This document shows positions 49,614-60,734 of a stretch of 64,000 bases of DNA, piece by piece. Both the position numbers and the translations under genes were made by a program. Every line of letters begins with the position of its first letter. The stretch's first letter is position 1. This stretch comes from an uncultured Desulfarculus sp. (GTDB taxonomy: Bacteria > Desulfobacterota > Desulfarculia > Desulfarculales > Desulfarculaceae): positions 960,001 through 1,024,000 of the forward strand of contig CAXXUK010000001.1 in the NCBI GenBank assembly GCA_963665125.2, given 5' to 3'. The notes under the pieces were generated by a model. It saw nothing but the letters and a program-made list of their open reading frames with translations, was not told where the DNA came from and searched no databases.

Positions 49614-51284
49614 CTAATAAAGAATTGAGCCTACATATGAATACCAGCTTTCTGCTGCAATCAAAAATATTACAGTAAGGAAAATAGTTAAAGCAGCTAA
49701 AACAACATAACCACCTAAATCTAATTTTCTACACCATCCTTTGCCGCCTAATAATTCCGCAGCCTTGTTCTGGCTCCAAAACGCTTGAACCAAAGAAGAT
49801 AAAAACATAAAAAATAACCATAGATTTAGCCCTGTATTACCGTACCTGTAAAACCCTATGGCGGAGAGCAGTAAAGCTATCGGTACTACAAACCACAGAA
49901 AAACTACTGCCAGCCACGCACGCCAGCGCCCATGTCTTAGGCGATCTTTAAAGGAGGAACCTGACTGCCCCGAAAAATGGTGATTTTCAAGACGAGTATA
50001 ATTTATGGGCAACCAAAGGTCGGGGTACTCGTAGATTTTGGAGCCGTCGGGGAAAACGGCAGGTAACCGCTCCACGGTTTCCCATAGCCTATTCGTATAA
50101 AACAAGAATACGCTTTGCCACATAATAAGAATGACCGGGGCACACCATGCAAGGGTATCGGCTGTTACTTGAAGATCAAAATTAAGTATTTTTACCTTAT
50201 GATCATGGGAAAGCAAAAAGGAGCAGGCGACTATGAACATGCAGAACAATACGATTGGCGTGAATAGTTTGCGAGCGTAGCCGGCAGCCTTTGCAGCGGC
50301 ATCCTTGACCGGAAAGTCCGCTATATGCCGAGGTAGGACCGCACCATTGAGATCTAGACCCTTAAGTTGAGTGCTTTCTAGACCAACAGCAAATTCCAAA
50401 TTAATTCTGCGTGTGTCTGAGTTCGAGAAACTCACTCTTGGTATCTCGGTTGGTTCCGTTGGTCCACCAAATGATGCTCCCTGAAGGATCGCACATTCCA
50501 TTCGGGAATCATTTAACCTTGAATTGAGGAACCGAGTATGGCCAAGATGTGTTCCTTTGAAAACACATTGAAATAAATCACATTTGTTAAATATTGCAAA
50601 ATTTAGGTTCGTATCGTTACTAAACTCACATTCTATGAAAAATATCCCATCAGGCAAGTATGAGCCAATCATGTTTGCGTGGATGAATTTGCATAATTCA
50701 AACTTAACGTCATCAAATTTATTATTGATTGCTTGTGCTGGTTTTTGCTCTTGCCATGTTATCGAATGAAATTCACAATTCTTAAAACTAACTGAATTCA
50801 GAGCTATATTGTTAAGGGTTGAGCCATGGAAACAAATTTTTTCTAGAATGCAATCCCTCATGGAAACGCCAGACATTTTTGCTTCTATAAACTCTGTGTC
50901 CTCTTTGAGCGTACACCCTTCGAAGAAAGTGTAACGGAATTCTATTTTGTTAAATTTTGTATTCTTAAAGGTACAATTTTTAAACAGGGTTGTACCTCTC
51001 CCCTTTTCTCTATTTGAATCGCGATTTGAAGAAAACTGAGCTTCAGTAAAATTGGCATAAGAAAGATCGACATCTAGGAACTTGGTCCTGCCGAGGTCAA
51101 ACTGCGTTAGAACAATACCTCTAAAATCAAGGGTGGTAGTATCGCCCTCGTTGAGTGTTTCATATCTTCTGTTTAGAGATTCGCGCAGGTTTTGCCATTC
51201 GGACTCGGATGGCATTATGCCCCACCAGGGTCCTTTTGGGCTATCTGGAAGATTCTCCATCATGGTTCCCCCTGATTTAGACAT
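49614..51284 (-). CDS. Pentapeptide-repeat protein with a C-terminal multi-TM domain, AT-rich
   Basis: Long run of x-F/L-x-x-x pentapeptides (VDLSYANFTEAQFS, FKNCTFKNTKF) followed by about 5 TM segments. Confidence 0.8.
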   Translation of the reverse strand: MSKSGGTMMENLPDSPKGPWWGIMPSESEWQNLRESLNRRYETLNEGDTTTLDFRGIVLTQFDLGRTKFLDVDLSYANFTEAQFSSNRDSNREKGRGTTLFKNCTFKNTKFNKIEFRYTFFEGCTLKEDTEFIEAKMSGVSMRDCILEKICFHGSTLNNIALNSVSFKNCEFHSITWQEQKPAQAINNKFDDVKFELCKFIHANMIGSYLPDGIFFIECEFSNDTNLNFAIFNKCDLFQCVFKGTHLGHTRFLNSRLNDSRMECAILQGASFGGPTEPTEIPRVSFSNSDTRRINLEFAVGLESTQLKGLDLNGAVLPRHIADFPVKDAAAKAAGYARKLFTPIVLFCMFIVACSFLLSHDHKVKILNFDLQVTADTLAWCAPVILIMWQSVFLFYTNRLWETVERLPAVFPDGSKIYEYPDLWLPINYTRLENHHFSGQSGSSFKDRLRHGRWRAWLAVVFLWFVVPIALLLSAIGFYRYGNTGLNLWLFFMFLSSLVQAFWSQNKAAELLGGKGWCRKLDLGGYVVLAALTIFLTVIFLIAAESWYSYVGSILY

Positions 51285-51459
51285 GCCTCTACAACATGCA
51301 CATGGTGGTTGTTTAAATCAACCATGTTAACCTTGGATTGGCTTAAAATATTATGGTAATTAAATGAGGTAAAATAGACATACACATTGGGCCGATATGG
51401 CCCCATGCATATAAAATTAACGAGAAAATAGCCATAAATTATAGATTTGCTCCGCCCGG

Positions 51460-51891
51460 CTAGTCCAGATATTTGACCAAGGTCAGGCGGTTGACGCCGC
51501 CGTTGCGTTCATAAGTGTAACCGTTGGTCATTTCCTTGATGAAAAACCAGCCCAGGCCGCCGATGTCGCGCTCTTCAAGGGGCGCATCCAAGTTGGGCTC
51601 CTTGACGTCGGCCAAGTCAAAACCGGAGCCTTCGTCTTCGATGACCAGATAGGCTTTTTTGCCGATACGGCTCAGGGTGAGGCGTACCGGCCCATGCTCC
51701 CGGCCTTCATAGGCATAGCTGATAACGTTGGTGACGGCTTCGTCCGTGGCCAGTTCCAGGGCCCTGCGGGCTTCGTCCGGCAGGCCCAGTTCGAGGCCTT
51801 TGTCTTCGATAAATTCGGCCATCAGTGCCAGATTGGCCAAATCCGCCTCAAATTCCAGATGATGCTTGTTGCCACCGTCTGTCACACGCAA
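51460..51891 (-). CDS. RsbW-like anti-sigma factor / Ser kinase ATP-binding protein
   Basis: LELATDEAVTNVISYAY, IEDEGSGFD, GGLGWFFIK. Confidence 0.88.
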   Translation of the reverse strand: MRVTDGGNKHHLEFEADLANLALMAEFIEDKGLELGLPDEARRALELATDEAVTNVISYAYEGREHGPVRLTLSRIGKKAYLVIEDEGSGFDLADVKEPNLDAPLEERDIGGLGWFFIKEMTNGYTYERNGGVNRLTLVKYLD

Positions 51892-51914
51892 CCGCCTTGT
51901 TAAACGTCATCGCC

Positions 51915-54371
51915 TCAAATGCGGCGTTTGGCCAGCCGCAAACTGTTGAGGACTACTGTAACACTGGAAAAGGCCATTGCGCCAGCAGCCATTGCAGGGT
52001 GCAGTTCCCTAATTACCGTGGGCAGCCACATAAACCCCTGGGCTGCTCCGGCGGCAAGGGGCACCAACAGCACGTTGTAGAAAAATGCCCAAAACAGGTT
52101 TTGCTTTATAGTACGCATGGTTGCCTTGGATAGAGCGATGGATCGGGGCACTCCGGATATCTCATTGCCCACCAGGGTCACGTCGCTTGCTTCCATGGCC
52201 ACGTCAGCGCCCGATCCTATGGCTATGCCCAGGTCGGCCCTGGCCAGGGCAGGGGCGTCATTGATGCCGTCGCCGACCATTGCCACCAGGTTGCCCTTGT
52301 TCTGCTCGCCGCGAATTGCCTGTTCCTTTGTCTCGGGCAGCACTTCGGCGATCACGCGTTCAATGCCAACCTGACGGGCGATGGCCTCGGCGGCCTTTTG
52401 GTTGTCGCCGGTAAGCATCACCGGAGTGATGTCCATGCTCTTCAACTGGGCCACCACCTGGGCCGCGCCCGGTTTTTCTTCATCGGATACCGCAAAGACG
52501 CCGCATAGCTCACCGTCAACGGCCGCCAGGATCACTGTCTTGCCCTGGGCTGAGAGTTCGTCGGCCTTGGCCTTTGCTTGGTCGGAAGACAGGCCCAACT
52601 CGTCGAGCCAGTCCGGCCGGCCCACCACGATGGTTTTGCCCTGAACGTTGGCTTTGATGCCGAAACCGGTGAACGATTCAAAACCGGTAAGTTCCGCCGG
52701 GGTTATGCCCTGGTCCCGGGCGCCTTGGACCACGGCCTTGGCGATCGGGTGCTCGGAGGCGTTTTCCGCGGCCGCGGCAAGGGCCAGGGTCTCGGTTCCG
52801 CCTTTGCCCAGGTAATAGGTGTCTGTTAGCCTTGGCTTGCCTTGGGTGATCGTGCCGGTCTTGTCGAACATGACGGTCTTGATTTTATGGGCCGTCTCCA
52901 GGGCCTCGGAGTTGCGGAACAGGATGCCCATGGTCGCACCCCGGCCCGTGCCCACCATGATCGCCGTGGGTGTGGCCAGGCCCAGGGCGCAGGGGCAGGC
53001 GATGACCAGCACCGCCGTCATGCGGACCATGGCCGGGACAAACAGGCCGCTGTGGATCCACCATGCGGCCAGGGTGGCCAGGGCGATCAAAATAATGCTG
53101 GGCACAAATACAGCGGCCACGCTGTCGGCCAGGCGCTGGATGGGTGCTTTGGAGCCCTGGGCCTGGCGCACCAGGCGGATGATCTGGGAAAGGGCCGTGT
53201 CCGACCCCACGCCAATGGCCCTGATTTTGAGCAGGCCCTGCTGGTTGATGGTGGCTCCGAAGACCTTGTCGCCGTCGGCCTTGTCCACGGGAATGGATTC
53301 GCCGGTCATCAGCGATTCGTCCACCGATGAGACGCCGCCGACCACAACGCCGTCCACGGGGATGGACTCGCCGGGCCGGACCATGACGGTCTGATCCCTT
53401 TTCACCGAACCGGCCGGTATTTCAAGCTCCGTGCCGTCGTCTTGCAGGATTCTGGCCTTTTTGGGGGCCAGGTCCATGAGCTTGCGGATGGCCGCGCCGG
53501 CCTGGCCCTTGGCCTTGGCCTCCAGCAGCTTGCCCAGCTTGATCAGGGTGATGATCATGGCCGAGGTTTCGAAATAAAGCTGGGGCCCCAGGCCGGGGAA
53601 CAGCAGGGCCGCGACGCTGTAGAAATATGCCGCCGAGGCGCCCATGGCCACCAGTACGTCCATATTGGCAGCCCCGGCCTTGACGCTTTTCCAGCCGCCT
53701 TCATAAAAGCCCCAACCAGTGTAAAACTGCACCGGAGTGGCCAGGGCAAAGGCGCACCAGCCGTACCAAGGAGACATCGCCCACGGACCCAGCAGGCCCA
53801 GGGCGTGGCCTATGTGCACCAGGAACAAGGGTAGGGTCAGGGCCACACCGGTCCAGAAATAACGGCGCTGGGCCGCCAACTCGGCCTGCCTGGCCAGGGT
53901 TTCCGGGTCTGCCTCCTGATCATCCTGACCGCTGGGCAGCACCAAATCAAACCCGGCTTCGTGGACGACCTTGGCCATCTGTTCCAAATCAATTATGCTT
54001 GGATCGTAGTCAACGGATAGAGTTTCCGAGGCGAAATTCACCGCAGCCTTTTCAACGCCCGGCGCTTTTTTCAGCAACACGCGTTCGACGTTTGCCGCGC
54101 AACGGGTGCAGGTCATGCCCACGACCGGAATTTCGGCATGCCTTTTCGACTCGGGCAAGACCAGGGAAAACCCCGCCTCCTTTACCGCTTCGGCAATGGC
54201 CGGCAGGCCGACTTTTTTCGGGTCATAGGCTATGTGGGCGGTTTCGGCAGCGAAGTTGACTCTGGCTGACTCCACTCCGTCAACTTTTTTTTGAAGCACC
54301 CGTTCGACGTTCGCCGCGCAACGGGTGCAACTCATACCTACCACCGGTAAATCGACTTCTTTGACAGCCAA
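51915..54371 (-). CDS. copA: Copper-translocating P1B-type ATPase
   Basis: Two GMxCTRC HMA domains, [33 protein letters not shown] and MAFSS. Confidence 0.95.
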   Translation of the reverse strand: MAVKEVDLPVVGMSCTRCAANVERVLQKKVDGVESARVNFAAETAHIAYDPKKVGLPAIAEAVKEAGFSLVLPESKRHAEIPVVGMTCTRCAANVERVLLKKAPGVEKAAVNFASETLSVDYDPSIIDLEQMAKVVHEAGFDLVLPSGQDDQEADPETLARQAELAAQRRYFWTGVALTLPLFLVHIGHALGLLGPWAMSPWYGWCAFALATPVQFYTGWGFYEGGWKSVKAGAANMDVLVAMGASAAYFYSVAALLFPGLGPQLYFETSAMIITLIKLGKLLEAKAKGQAGAAIRKLMDLAPKKARILQDDGTELEIPAGSVKRDQTVMVRPGESIPVDGVVVGGVSSVDESLMTGESIPVDKADGDKVFGATINQQGLLKIRAIGVGSDTALSQIIRLVRQAQGSKAPIQRLADSVAAVFVPSIILIALATLAAWWIHSGLFVPAMVRMTAVLVIACPCALGLATPTAIMVGTGRGATMGILFRNSEALETAHKIKTVMFDKTGTITQGKPRLTDTYYLGKGGTETLALAAAAENASEHPIAKAVVQGARDQGITPAELTGFESFTGFGIKANVQGKTIVVGRPDWLDELGLSSDQAKAKADELSAQGKTVILAAVDGELCGVFAVSDEEKPGAAQVVAQLKSMDITPVMLTGDNQKAAEAIARQVGIERVIAEVLPETKEQAIRGEQNKGNLVAMVGDGINDAPALARADLGIAIGSGADVAMEASDVTLVGNEISGVPRSIALSKATMRTIKQNLFWAFFYNVLLVPLAAGAAQGFMWLPTVIRELHPAMAAGAMAFSSVTVVLNSLRLAKRRI

Positions 54372-54395
54372 GGCTAACTCCAGTCGTTGATCCGG

Positions 54396-54599
54396 CTATT
54401 TTGGGGGGTAACCGGCATCTTTGAGTTGGGCTTCGATGGCATCCCAAGTCGCAGGCGCGTTCCATTGAATGGTAACATTTTTCGTCTGCGCATCGCCTTC
54501 AACGGATACCACGCCACTGACTTCGCCGGCTTCGCGTTTGACGGCAGCCAGACAATGACCACAGGAAATATCGGGAATGTTTACGGTTTTTTGTTTCAT
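54396..54599 (-). CDS. Heavy-metal chaperone (CopZ-like)
   Basis: ISCGHC...AGY; AAGGAG RBS; directly upstream of copA. Confidence 0.88.
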   Translation of the reverse strand: MKQKTVNIPDISCGHCLAAVKREAGEVSGVVSVEGDAQTKNVTIQWNAPATWDAIEAQLKDAGYPPK

Positions 54600-54728
54600 T
54601 TTCGCCGCTCCCTTTTTGGTGTTGAGCTATGCGTTTCCACTGTCAAAATTAATATAAGACACGATTGTGGATGATGCGAGATAAATTTAATAAATCTAAT
54701 TAAGTATGAATAAACTAATTAGCCAAGG

Positions 54729-55619
54729 ATGTTTCGCTTGCGGATCGGTTTGCATTTGTCAACAGCGGGAGGAGTTCACAAGGCTGCCCAACAGGCGGCC
54801 GACCTTGGATTGGATTGCCTTCAGATTTTCGCTGGCAGCCCAAGAATGTGGAAACGCACTGAAATTTCGCAGCCCGATGCGGCGCGTTTCAGGCTCATCG
54901 CCCAAAAAGCCCGCCTGGACCCGGTGGTGATTCACGCCCCCTACCTGGTGAATTTGGCGGCCGAGAATGATGACCTGTGGCGCAAGTCCATTGAGGTGAT
55001 GCGCGACCAGGTTGGCAAGGCAAAATTGTTGGACGCCGACGGCGTGGTTATGCACCCGGGGAGCAGGGGAGGGCGCACGATAGAATGGGGTATCGAACGC
55101 ATTGCCAGGGCGTTGGAAGAGGTACTTGGTGATGGAACAGGCGGCGTAAAAATAATTTTAGAAAATACTGCGGGTGGAGGTGGACATCTGGGCGGCACCC
55201 TTAGCCAGATGTCTGCCATGTTGAAAACCATGCGCGGTTTGCCTTGCGCGGTGTGCCTGGATACGGCCCATGCCTGGGCCTCCGGATATCGGCTTGACGA
55301 CCAAAGGGCTGTTGCGCGGTACCTGGACAGGGTTGATGAGCTGATAGGGCTACAGAACGTAAAAGTATGGCACTTCAATGATATAGCTCTGCCAAGGGGG
55401 CGCAAGCGGGATGTTCACACTCACCTTGGCAAGGGCCGAATCGGCAAACAGGGATTCGCGGCACTGGTCGCCGATCACCGGATGAAACATGCCGCGGCAA
55501 TCATGGAGACCCCGAAAAATTCTCGTTGGGCCGACCGGCGAAACGTCCTGTGGCTACGCCGTATGACAGGCTCCGGGGAAGGTCCTGGTCTGGTTGACTC
55601 TAACCTCCCGTTATGCTAA
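54729..55619 (+). CDS. nfo: Endonuclease IV
   Basis: IGLHLS, IHAPYLVNLA, MHPGS, ENTAG, CLDTAH, HFND, IMETP. Confidence 0.92.
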   Translation: MFRLRIGLHLSTAGGVHKAAQQAADLGLDCLQIFAGSPRMWKRTEISQPDAARFRLIAQKARLDPVVIHAPYLVNLAAENDDLWRKSIEVMRDQVGKAKLLDADGVVMHPGSRGGRTIEWGIERIARALEEVLGDGTGGVKIILENTAGGGGHLGGTLSQMSAMLKTMRGLPCAVCLDTAHAWASGYRLDDQRAVARYLDRVDELIGLQNVKVWHFNDIALPRGRKRDVHTHLGKGRIGKQGFAALVADHRMKHAAAIMETPKNSRWADRRNVLWLRRMTGSGEGPGLVDSNLPLC

Positions 55620-55642
55620 TTTTTCTCAAGGTATAAGAACTT

Positions 55643-57286
55643 ATGCAGGAGGAGGCTTTGGCCGAAAAAGCCGGACCCCCGCCCGGAGCGGTGATCATTG
55701 ATCTAGTCGACGAGGTTGTCGAATCAACGCCGGAACAACCAACTGGGGACACCGGCGGCGACGATCTCGATTCTCTGTTAGCTGATTTGGGCGGCGAAGT
55801 TGATTCCGCCCCGCCAAGGCCTGCCCCGCAAACTCAAGGCGAAGCTCCCCCGTCTGTTGAGGGCGACGACCTTGATTCGCTATTGGCTGAATTGTCAGGA
55901 GGCGGTGGTTCCGCGCCGGCGCCTGAGCCCGAGCCTGCGGCCGAGTCCGCCGATCTGGGCCAGGATGATCTTGATTCGCTGTTGGCCGATCTGGATGGCA
56001 GCGGCGGTCCCGCACCGGCGCCTGAGCCCGAGCCCGCGGCCGAGTCCGCTGATCTGGGCCAGGATGATCTTGATTCGCTGTTGGCCGATCTGGAGAGCGG
56101 CGGCGGTTCCGCGCCGGCACCCGCGCCCGAGCCCGCGGCCGAGTCCGCCGATCTGGGCCAGGATGATCTTGATTCGCTGTTGGCCGATCTGGAGAGCGGC
56201 GGCGGTTCCGCGCCGGCACCCGCGCCCGAGCCCGCGGCCGAGTCCGCCGATCTGGGCCAGGATGATCTTGATTCGCTGTTGGCCGATCTGGATGGCGGCG
56301 GCGGTTCCGCGCCGGCACCCGCGCCCGAGCCCGCGGCCGAGTCCGCCGATCTGGGCCAGGATGATCTTGATTCGCTGTTGGCCGATCTGGATGGCGGCGG
56401 CGGTTCCGCGCCGGCGCCTGAGCCCGCGCCCGCGGCCGAGTCCGCCGATCTGGGCCAGGATGATCTTGATTCATTGCTTTCCGATCTGGAGAGCGGAGGT
56501 GGTTCCGCGCCGGCACCCGCGCCCGAGCCCGCGGCCGAGTCCGCCGATCTGGGCCAGGATGATCTTGATTCGCTGTTGGCCGATCTGGAGAGCGGCGGCG
56601 GTTCCGCGCCGGCACCCGCGCCCGCGGCCGAGTCCGCCGATCTGGGCCAGGATGATCTTGATTCGCTGTTGGCCGATCTGGAGAGCGGCGGCGGTTCCGC
56701 GCCGGCACCCGCGCCCGCGGCCGAGTCCGCCGATCTGGGCCAGGATGATCTTGATTCGCTGTTGGCCGATCTGGAGAGCGGCGGCGGTTCCGAATCTGAG
56801 CCCGCGCCCGTGGAGGCCCAGACTGAATCCGCACCCGTCGAAGATGACCTGGACGCCTTGCTAAGCGATTTGGAAAGCGGTGATTTGGCCGCGCCTGTAG
56901 ACCAGACGCCAGAGGCAGACACAAAACCCGCTGATCAAGAAGATGATTTGGATGTCTTGTTAGCCGAGTTGGAAAAAGAACCCGAATCGGCACAGGCGCC
57001 CATTGTGGAACCGGCGCCCGAAATTAAACCTGCAGTCTCTATTGCAAAGGCCACGACGGCGGCAGCTGCTGTCGGTTTGGCGGCTACGGCCATGGAGAGC
57101 AAGACAGGCGAATTAAAACCGCTGGACCATTTGGAGGCTGCTGTTATATTTGAGCGCGTGGCCCGGGAGGTCCTGGACGAAGTGATAAAGGAATTGGTGC
57201 CCAGGCTGGTGGCCGAAAGAGTGGCCGCTGAAATAGAGGCGATTAAACGTGAGGCCGAGTCCGACGGCGAAGACGTAGTAAGCTAA
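55643..57286 (+). CDS. Acidic Pro-rich disordered repeat protein with a PopZ/RomR-like C-terminal helical domain
   Basis: N-terminal [15 protein letters not shown]-rich repeats; C-terminal [34 protein letters not shown]; true start may be TTG 55658 behind AGGAGGAGG. Confidence 0.75.
   Translation: MQEEALAEKAGPPPGAVIIDLVDEVVESTPEQPTGDTGGDDLDSLLADLGGEVDSAPPRPAPQTQGEAPPSVEGDDLDSLLAELSGGGGSAPAPEPEPAAESADLGQDDLDSLLADLDGSGGPAPAPEPEPAAESADLGQDDLDSLLADLESGGGSAPAPAPEPAAESADLGQDDLDSLLADLESGGGSAPAPAPEPAAESADLGQDDLDSLLADLDGGGGSAPAPAPEPAAESADLGQDDLDSLLADLDGGGGSAPAPEPAPAAESADLGQDDLDSLLSDLESGGGSAPAPAPEPAAESADLGQDDLDSLLADLESGGGSAPAPAPAAESADLGQDDLDSLLADLESGGGSAPAPAPAAESADLGQDDLDSLLADLESGGGSESEPAPVEAQTESAPVEDDLDALLSDLESGDLAAPVDQTPEADTKPADQEDDLDVLLAELEKEPESAQAPIVEPAPEIKPAVSIAKATTAAAAVGLAATAMESKTGELKPLDHLEAAVIFERVAREVLDEVIKELVPRLVAERVAAEIEAIKREAESDGEDVVS
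55900..56790 (+). repeat. Coding tandem repeat, 9 near-identical units of 99 or 93 bp
   Basis: GATGATCTTGATTC recurs at 55964, 56063, 56162, 56261, 56360, 56459, 56558, 56651 and 56744. Confidence 0.95.
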
Positions 57287-57396
57287 AAAACCGGCCAGTT
57301 TGGCCGGTTCGTGGCGTGGGAGCACGGCTCCCCGCCCTTTTTATTTTTCCGACATCTCGAAAAGCAACGCCGGGAATACACCGGACGGGAGTAATA

Positions 57397-60048
57397 ATGA
57401 TGGAAACTGGCAAGCTGGCGAAATCGTATGAGCCGCAAGAAGTTGAAGCTCGCTGGTATAAATACTGGGAAGACAACGAACTGTTCAAGGCAGATCCGAC
57501 CTCGGAAAAGCCGCCGTATTCCATTGTAATCCCGCCGCCCAACGTAACCGGTCAGTTGCACATGGGCCATGCCCTTAACAACACCCTGCAAGACGTCATG
57601 TGCCGCTACAGGCGCATGACCGGCTGGGAGGTCCTCTGGGTGCCCGGCACCGACCATGCGGGCATCGCCACCCAAAACGTGGTCGAGCGCCAGTTGGCCG
57701 CCGAGGACACCACCAGGCACGACCTTGGCCGGGACCAGTTCATCGAGCGCGTTTGGCAATGGCGCAAGGAATACGGCGGGCGGATCATCAACCAGCTCAA
57801 GCGCCTGGGCGCCTCATGCGACTGGTCCAGGGAACGCTTCACCATGGACGACGGCCTGAGCAAGGCCGTGCGGGAGGTCTTTGTCCGGCTGTATGAGGAA
57901 GGCCTGATTTACCAGGGCGATTACATCATCAACTGGTGCCCACGCTGCCACACCGCGCTTTCGGATCTGGAATCCGAACACGAGGAAACCAAGGGCGGCC
58001 TTTATCATATTCGTTATCCGTTCAAAAACGGCAAGGGCCATATCGTCGTGGCCACCACCCGGCCCGAGACCATGCTGGGCGATACGGCCGTGGCCATCAA
58101 CCCCGAAGATCCGCGCTACGCCGACCTGGTCGACGAGACCCTGATCCTGCCCCTGGTGGGCCGCGAGATTCCGATAATCCGCGATGGCTATGTGGCCATG
58201 GACTTCGGCACCGGCGCCCTCAAGGTCACCCCGGCCCACGACCCCAACGACTTCCTCATCGGCCAGAAGCACGGCCTGGAGTCGATTCGGGTCATGGACG
58301 ACGACGCCCGGATCAACGAACTGGGCGGCCCATACGCCGGCATGGACCGCTTCGCGGCCCGCAAGAAGGTGCTGGCCGACCTGGAGGCCCAGGGCCTGCT
58401 GGAAAAGCAGGAAGAACACATGCACAACGTCGGGCACTGCTACCGCTGCCACACCATGGTCGAGCCCATTCTCAGCAAGCAGTGGTTCGTCAAGGTGGCT
58501 CCCCTTGCCGATGAGGCCACAAAGGCCGTGCAGGATGGGCGCACCAAGATCATCCCCGAAAATTGGACCAAGACCTACTATGAATGGATGGACGGCATCC
58601 GCGACTGGTGCATCAGCCGTCAAATCTGGTGGGGTCACCGCATCCCGGCCTGGTACTGTGAGTGCGGCGAGGTCATTGTCAGCCGCCAGGACCCGGACAA
58701 GTGCCCGGTCTGCGGATCCACCGAACTGACCAGGGAGACCGATGTCCTGGATACCTGGTTCAGCAGCGCATTGTGGCCGTTTTCGACCATGGGCTGGCCG
58801 GACCAGACTCCGGAGCTGGCCAAGTTCTACCCAACTTCATGCCTGGTCACGGCCTTTGACATCCTGTTCTTCTGGGTGGCCCGCATGATGATGATGGGCC
58901 TGAAGTTCATGGACGGGCAGGTGCCGTTCCATGATGTTTATATCCACGCCCTGGTCCGCGACGAGACCGGCCGCAAGATGTCCAAGAGCACGGGCAATGT
59001 CATCGACCCGCTTGTGGTGATGGACCAGTTCGGCACCGACGCCGTGCGCTTCACCCTGGCCGCCTTTGCCGCTCAGGGCCGCGATATCAAGCTCAGCGAG
59101 GAGCGCATCGCCGGATACCGCAACTTTGTCAACAAGATCTGGAACGCCGCCAGGTTCACCATGATGAATCTCGAAGGCTCCATGGAGCCCGATGGCGATA
59201 TCGAGCCCAGCCTGGAGGACCGCTGGGTCTTGTCCCGTTTGGGCAAAGTGGCCCAGGAAGTGGGCAAGGCCATTGACGAGTACCGCTTCAACGAGGCGGC
59301 CGGAGCGGCGTATCAGTTTGCCTGGCATGAGTTCTGCGACTGGTACCTGGAGCTGATCAAGGGCGCGTTGTACAACGACGAAGAGCCCCAGCGTCAGGCA
59401 GCCACCCGCAAGGTCCTGGCCGAGGCCTTGTCGCGCCTGGTGCGCATTCTGCACCCGTTTATGCCCTACATTACTGAAGAACTGTGGCAGCGCCTGCCCG
59501 GAACCCAGGGCAGTGTAATGAAGGCCGACTGGCCCCTGGCCGCCGAGGGCGAGATTGACGACGAGGCCGAGGCCCAGATGCAACTGGTCATGGACGTCAT
59601 CAGCGCCGTGCGCAACATCCGCGGCGAGATGGGCATCAGCCCCGGCAAGGCCGTTCCCACCGTGATTTTGACGGAAAGCACACAGGTCGAAGACATATTA
59701 CAGGCCCAAGCAGCACACATATCCAGTCTGGCCAGGCTGGAACGCCTTGAAATCAATAGTGGCGGCGCGGCGCCTAAAAAGGCGGCCGGCAGCGCACTGC
59801 AGGGTCTGTCGGTGTATGTGCCCTTGGAAGGCCTGGTCGATTTCAGCGCCGAAGAGGCCCGGTTGAACAAGGAACTGGCCAAGCTGGAAAAGGAAATTAC
59901 GCCCAGCCGAAAAAAATTGCAGAACGAGGGATTTTTGGCCAAGGCTCCGGCAGAGGTCGTGGCCAAGGAAAAGACCAAGGTGGCAGAGGCGGAAAACAAG
60001 ATGCAGACTCTTCAGGCCAACCTGGAAAGAATCCGCAGCTTTATATAA
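57397..60048 (+). CDS. valS: Valine--tRNA ligase
   Basis: [41 protein letters not shown]-terminal coiled coil. Confidence 0.98.
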   Translation: MMETGKLAKSYEPQEVEARWYKYWEDNELFKADPTSEKPPYSIVIPPPNVTGQLHMGHALNNTLQDVMCRYRRMTGWEVLWVPGTDHAGIATQNVVERQLAAEDTTRHDLGRDQFIERVWQWRKEYGGRIINQLKRLGASCDWSRERFTMDDGLSKAVREVFVRLYEEGLIYQGDYIINWCPRCHTALSDLESEHEETKGGLYHIRYPFKNGKGHIVVATTRPETMLGDTAVAINPEDPRYADLVDETLILPLVGREIPIIRDGYVAMDFGTGALKVTPAHDPNDFLIGQKHGLESIRVMDDDARINELGGPYAGMDRFAARKKVLADLEAQGLLEKQEEHMHNVGHCYRCHTMVEPILSKQWFVKVAPLADEATKAVQDGRTKIIPENWTKTYYEWMDGIRDWCISRQIWWGHRIPAWYCECGEVIVSRQDPDKCPVCGSTELTRETDVLDTWFSSALWPFSTMGWPDQTPELAKFYPTSCLVTAFDILFFWVARMMMMGLKFMDGQVPFHDVYIHALVRDETGRKMSKSTGNVIDPLVVMDQFGTDAVRFTLAAFAAQGRDIKLSEERIAGYRNFVNKIWNAARFTMMNLEGSMEPDGDIEPSLEDRWVLSRLGKVAQEVGKAIDEYRFNEAAGAAYQFAWHEFCDWYLELIKGALYNDEEPQRQAATRKVLAEALSRLVRILHPFMPYITEELWQRLPGTQGSVMKADWPLAAEGEIDDEAEAQMQLVMDVISAVRNIRGEMGISPGKAVPTVILTESTQVEDILQAQAAHISSLARLERLEINSGGAAPKKAAGSALQGLSVYVPLEGLVDFSAEEARLNKELAKLEKEITPSRKKLQNEGFLAKAPAEVVAKEKTKVAEAENKMQTLQANLERIRSFI

Positions 60049-60312
60049 AAAACACCTGATAAACGTAGGATGATTTGTGCGATTGATTGCGTTGATTGTG
60101 AAATAGGGCACGGATTTTGACCGTTTTTTCAGTGCATTGCAGGTGTGTACAACGATAATCACAACGAGCGGCACCCCGCTGGCGGGCAAAGGACGCATAT
60201 AGTTTTTTGCTTGACAGATAAAGGGGTTATTGATAGAGAGTTCTAGGTACTTTCTGGCACATAATCGGCCCAAGGGCCGAAATCCAAACAAATCTTAAGG
60301 AGGACCCCCACA

Positions 60313-60630
60313 ATGCCTACCGTTACTTTTAAGGGCAAAACTTACGAAGTGGACGAGGATGGATTCCTGTTGGATCCCGAGTCCTGGGACGAGGATTTCG
60401 CATCTTACGTCAAGGAAGAGGAAGGCATCTCCGAATTGACTGAAGAGCACTGGAAGGTTATTAACTACCTCCAGGACTACTACAAGAAGAACGGCATCGC
60501 TCCGATGGTTCGTATCATGACCAAGGTCACCGGCTACAAGCTGAAGCAGATCTACGAGCTGTTCCCGAGCGGACCTGGCAAGGGCGCCTGTAAGATGGCC
60601 GGCCTGGCCAAGCCGACCGGCTGCGTCTAA
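60313..60630 (+). CDS. dsrC: DsrC, dissimilatory sulfite reductase co-substrate / sulfur carrier
   Basis: VDEDGFL...LFPSGPGKGACKMAGLAKPTGCV with both C-terminal cysteines (CX10C); AAGGAGG RBS. Confidence 0.93.
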   Translation: MPTVTFKGKTYEVDEDGFLLDPESWDEDFASYVKEEEGISELTEEHWKVINYLQDYYKKNGIAPMVRIMTKVTGYKLKQIYELFPSGPGKGACKMAGLAKPTGCV

Positions 60631-60651
60631 TCGCCGCCCATAGTCGCATTT

Positions 60652-60691
60652 GCGGCGTCTAGCCTCACGGCTGGGCGCCGTGATTTTTTTT
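60652..60691 (+). terminator. Probable intrinsic terminator after dsrC
   Basis: CGGCGTCTAGCC-TCAC-GGCTGGGCGCCG followed by T8. Confidence 0.7.
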
Positions 60692-60734
60692 ATGTGGATC
60701 GTTTTTTTGCAACAAAATGATAGGTGCAAGGGCC

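Noticed and set aside
55900..56790. CRISPR array
   Set aside because: No unique spacers; whole units repeat, the period is a multiple of 3 inside an ORF, and no cas genes are present
55695..56993. Long alternative-frame and antisense ORFs over the repeat (432, 354 and 362 aa)
   Set aside because: By-products of a stop-free GC-rich tandem repeat; only the acidic frame has an RBS and unique N- and C-terminal domains
57287..57396. T-box riboswitch ahead of valS
   Set aside because: Only about 110 nt with two short hairpins; no T-box consensus (AAGGTGGxACC) or stem I
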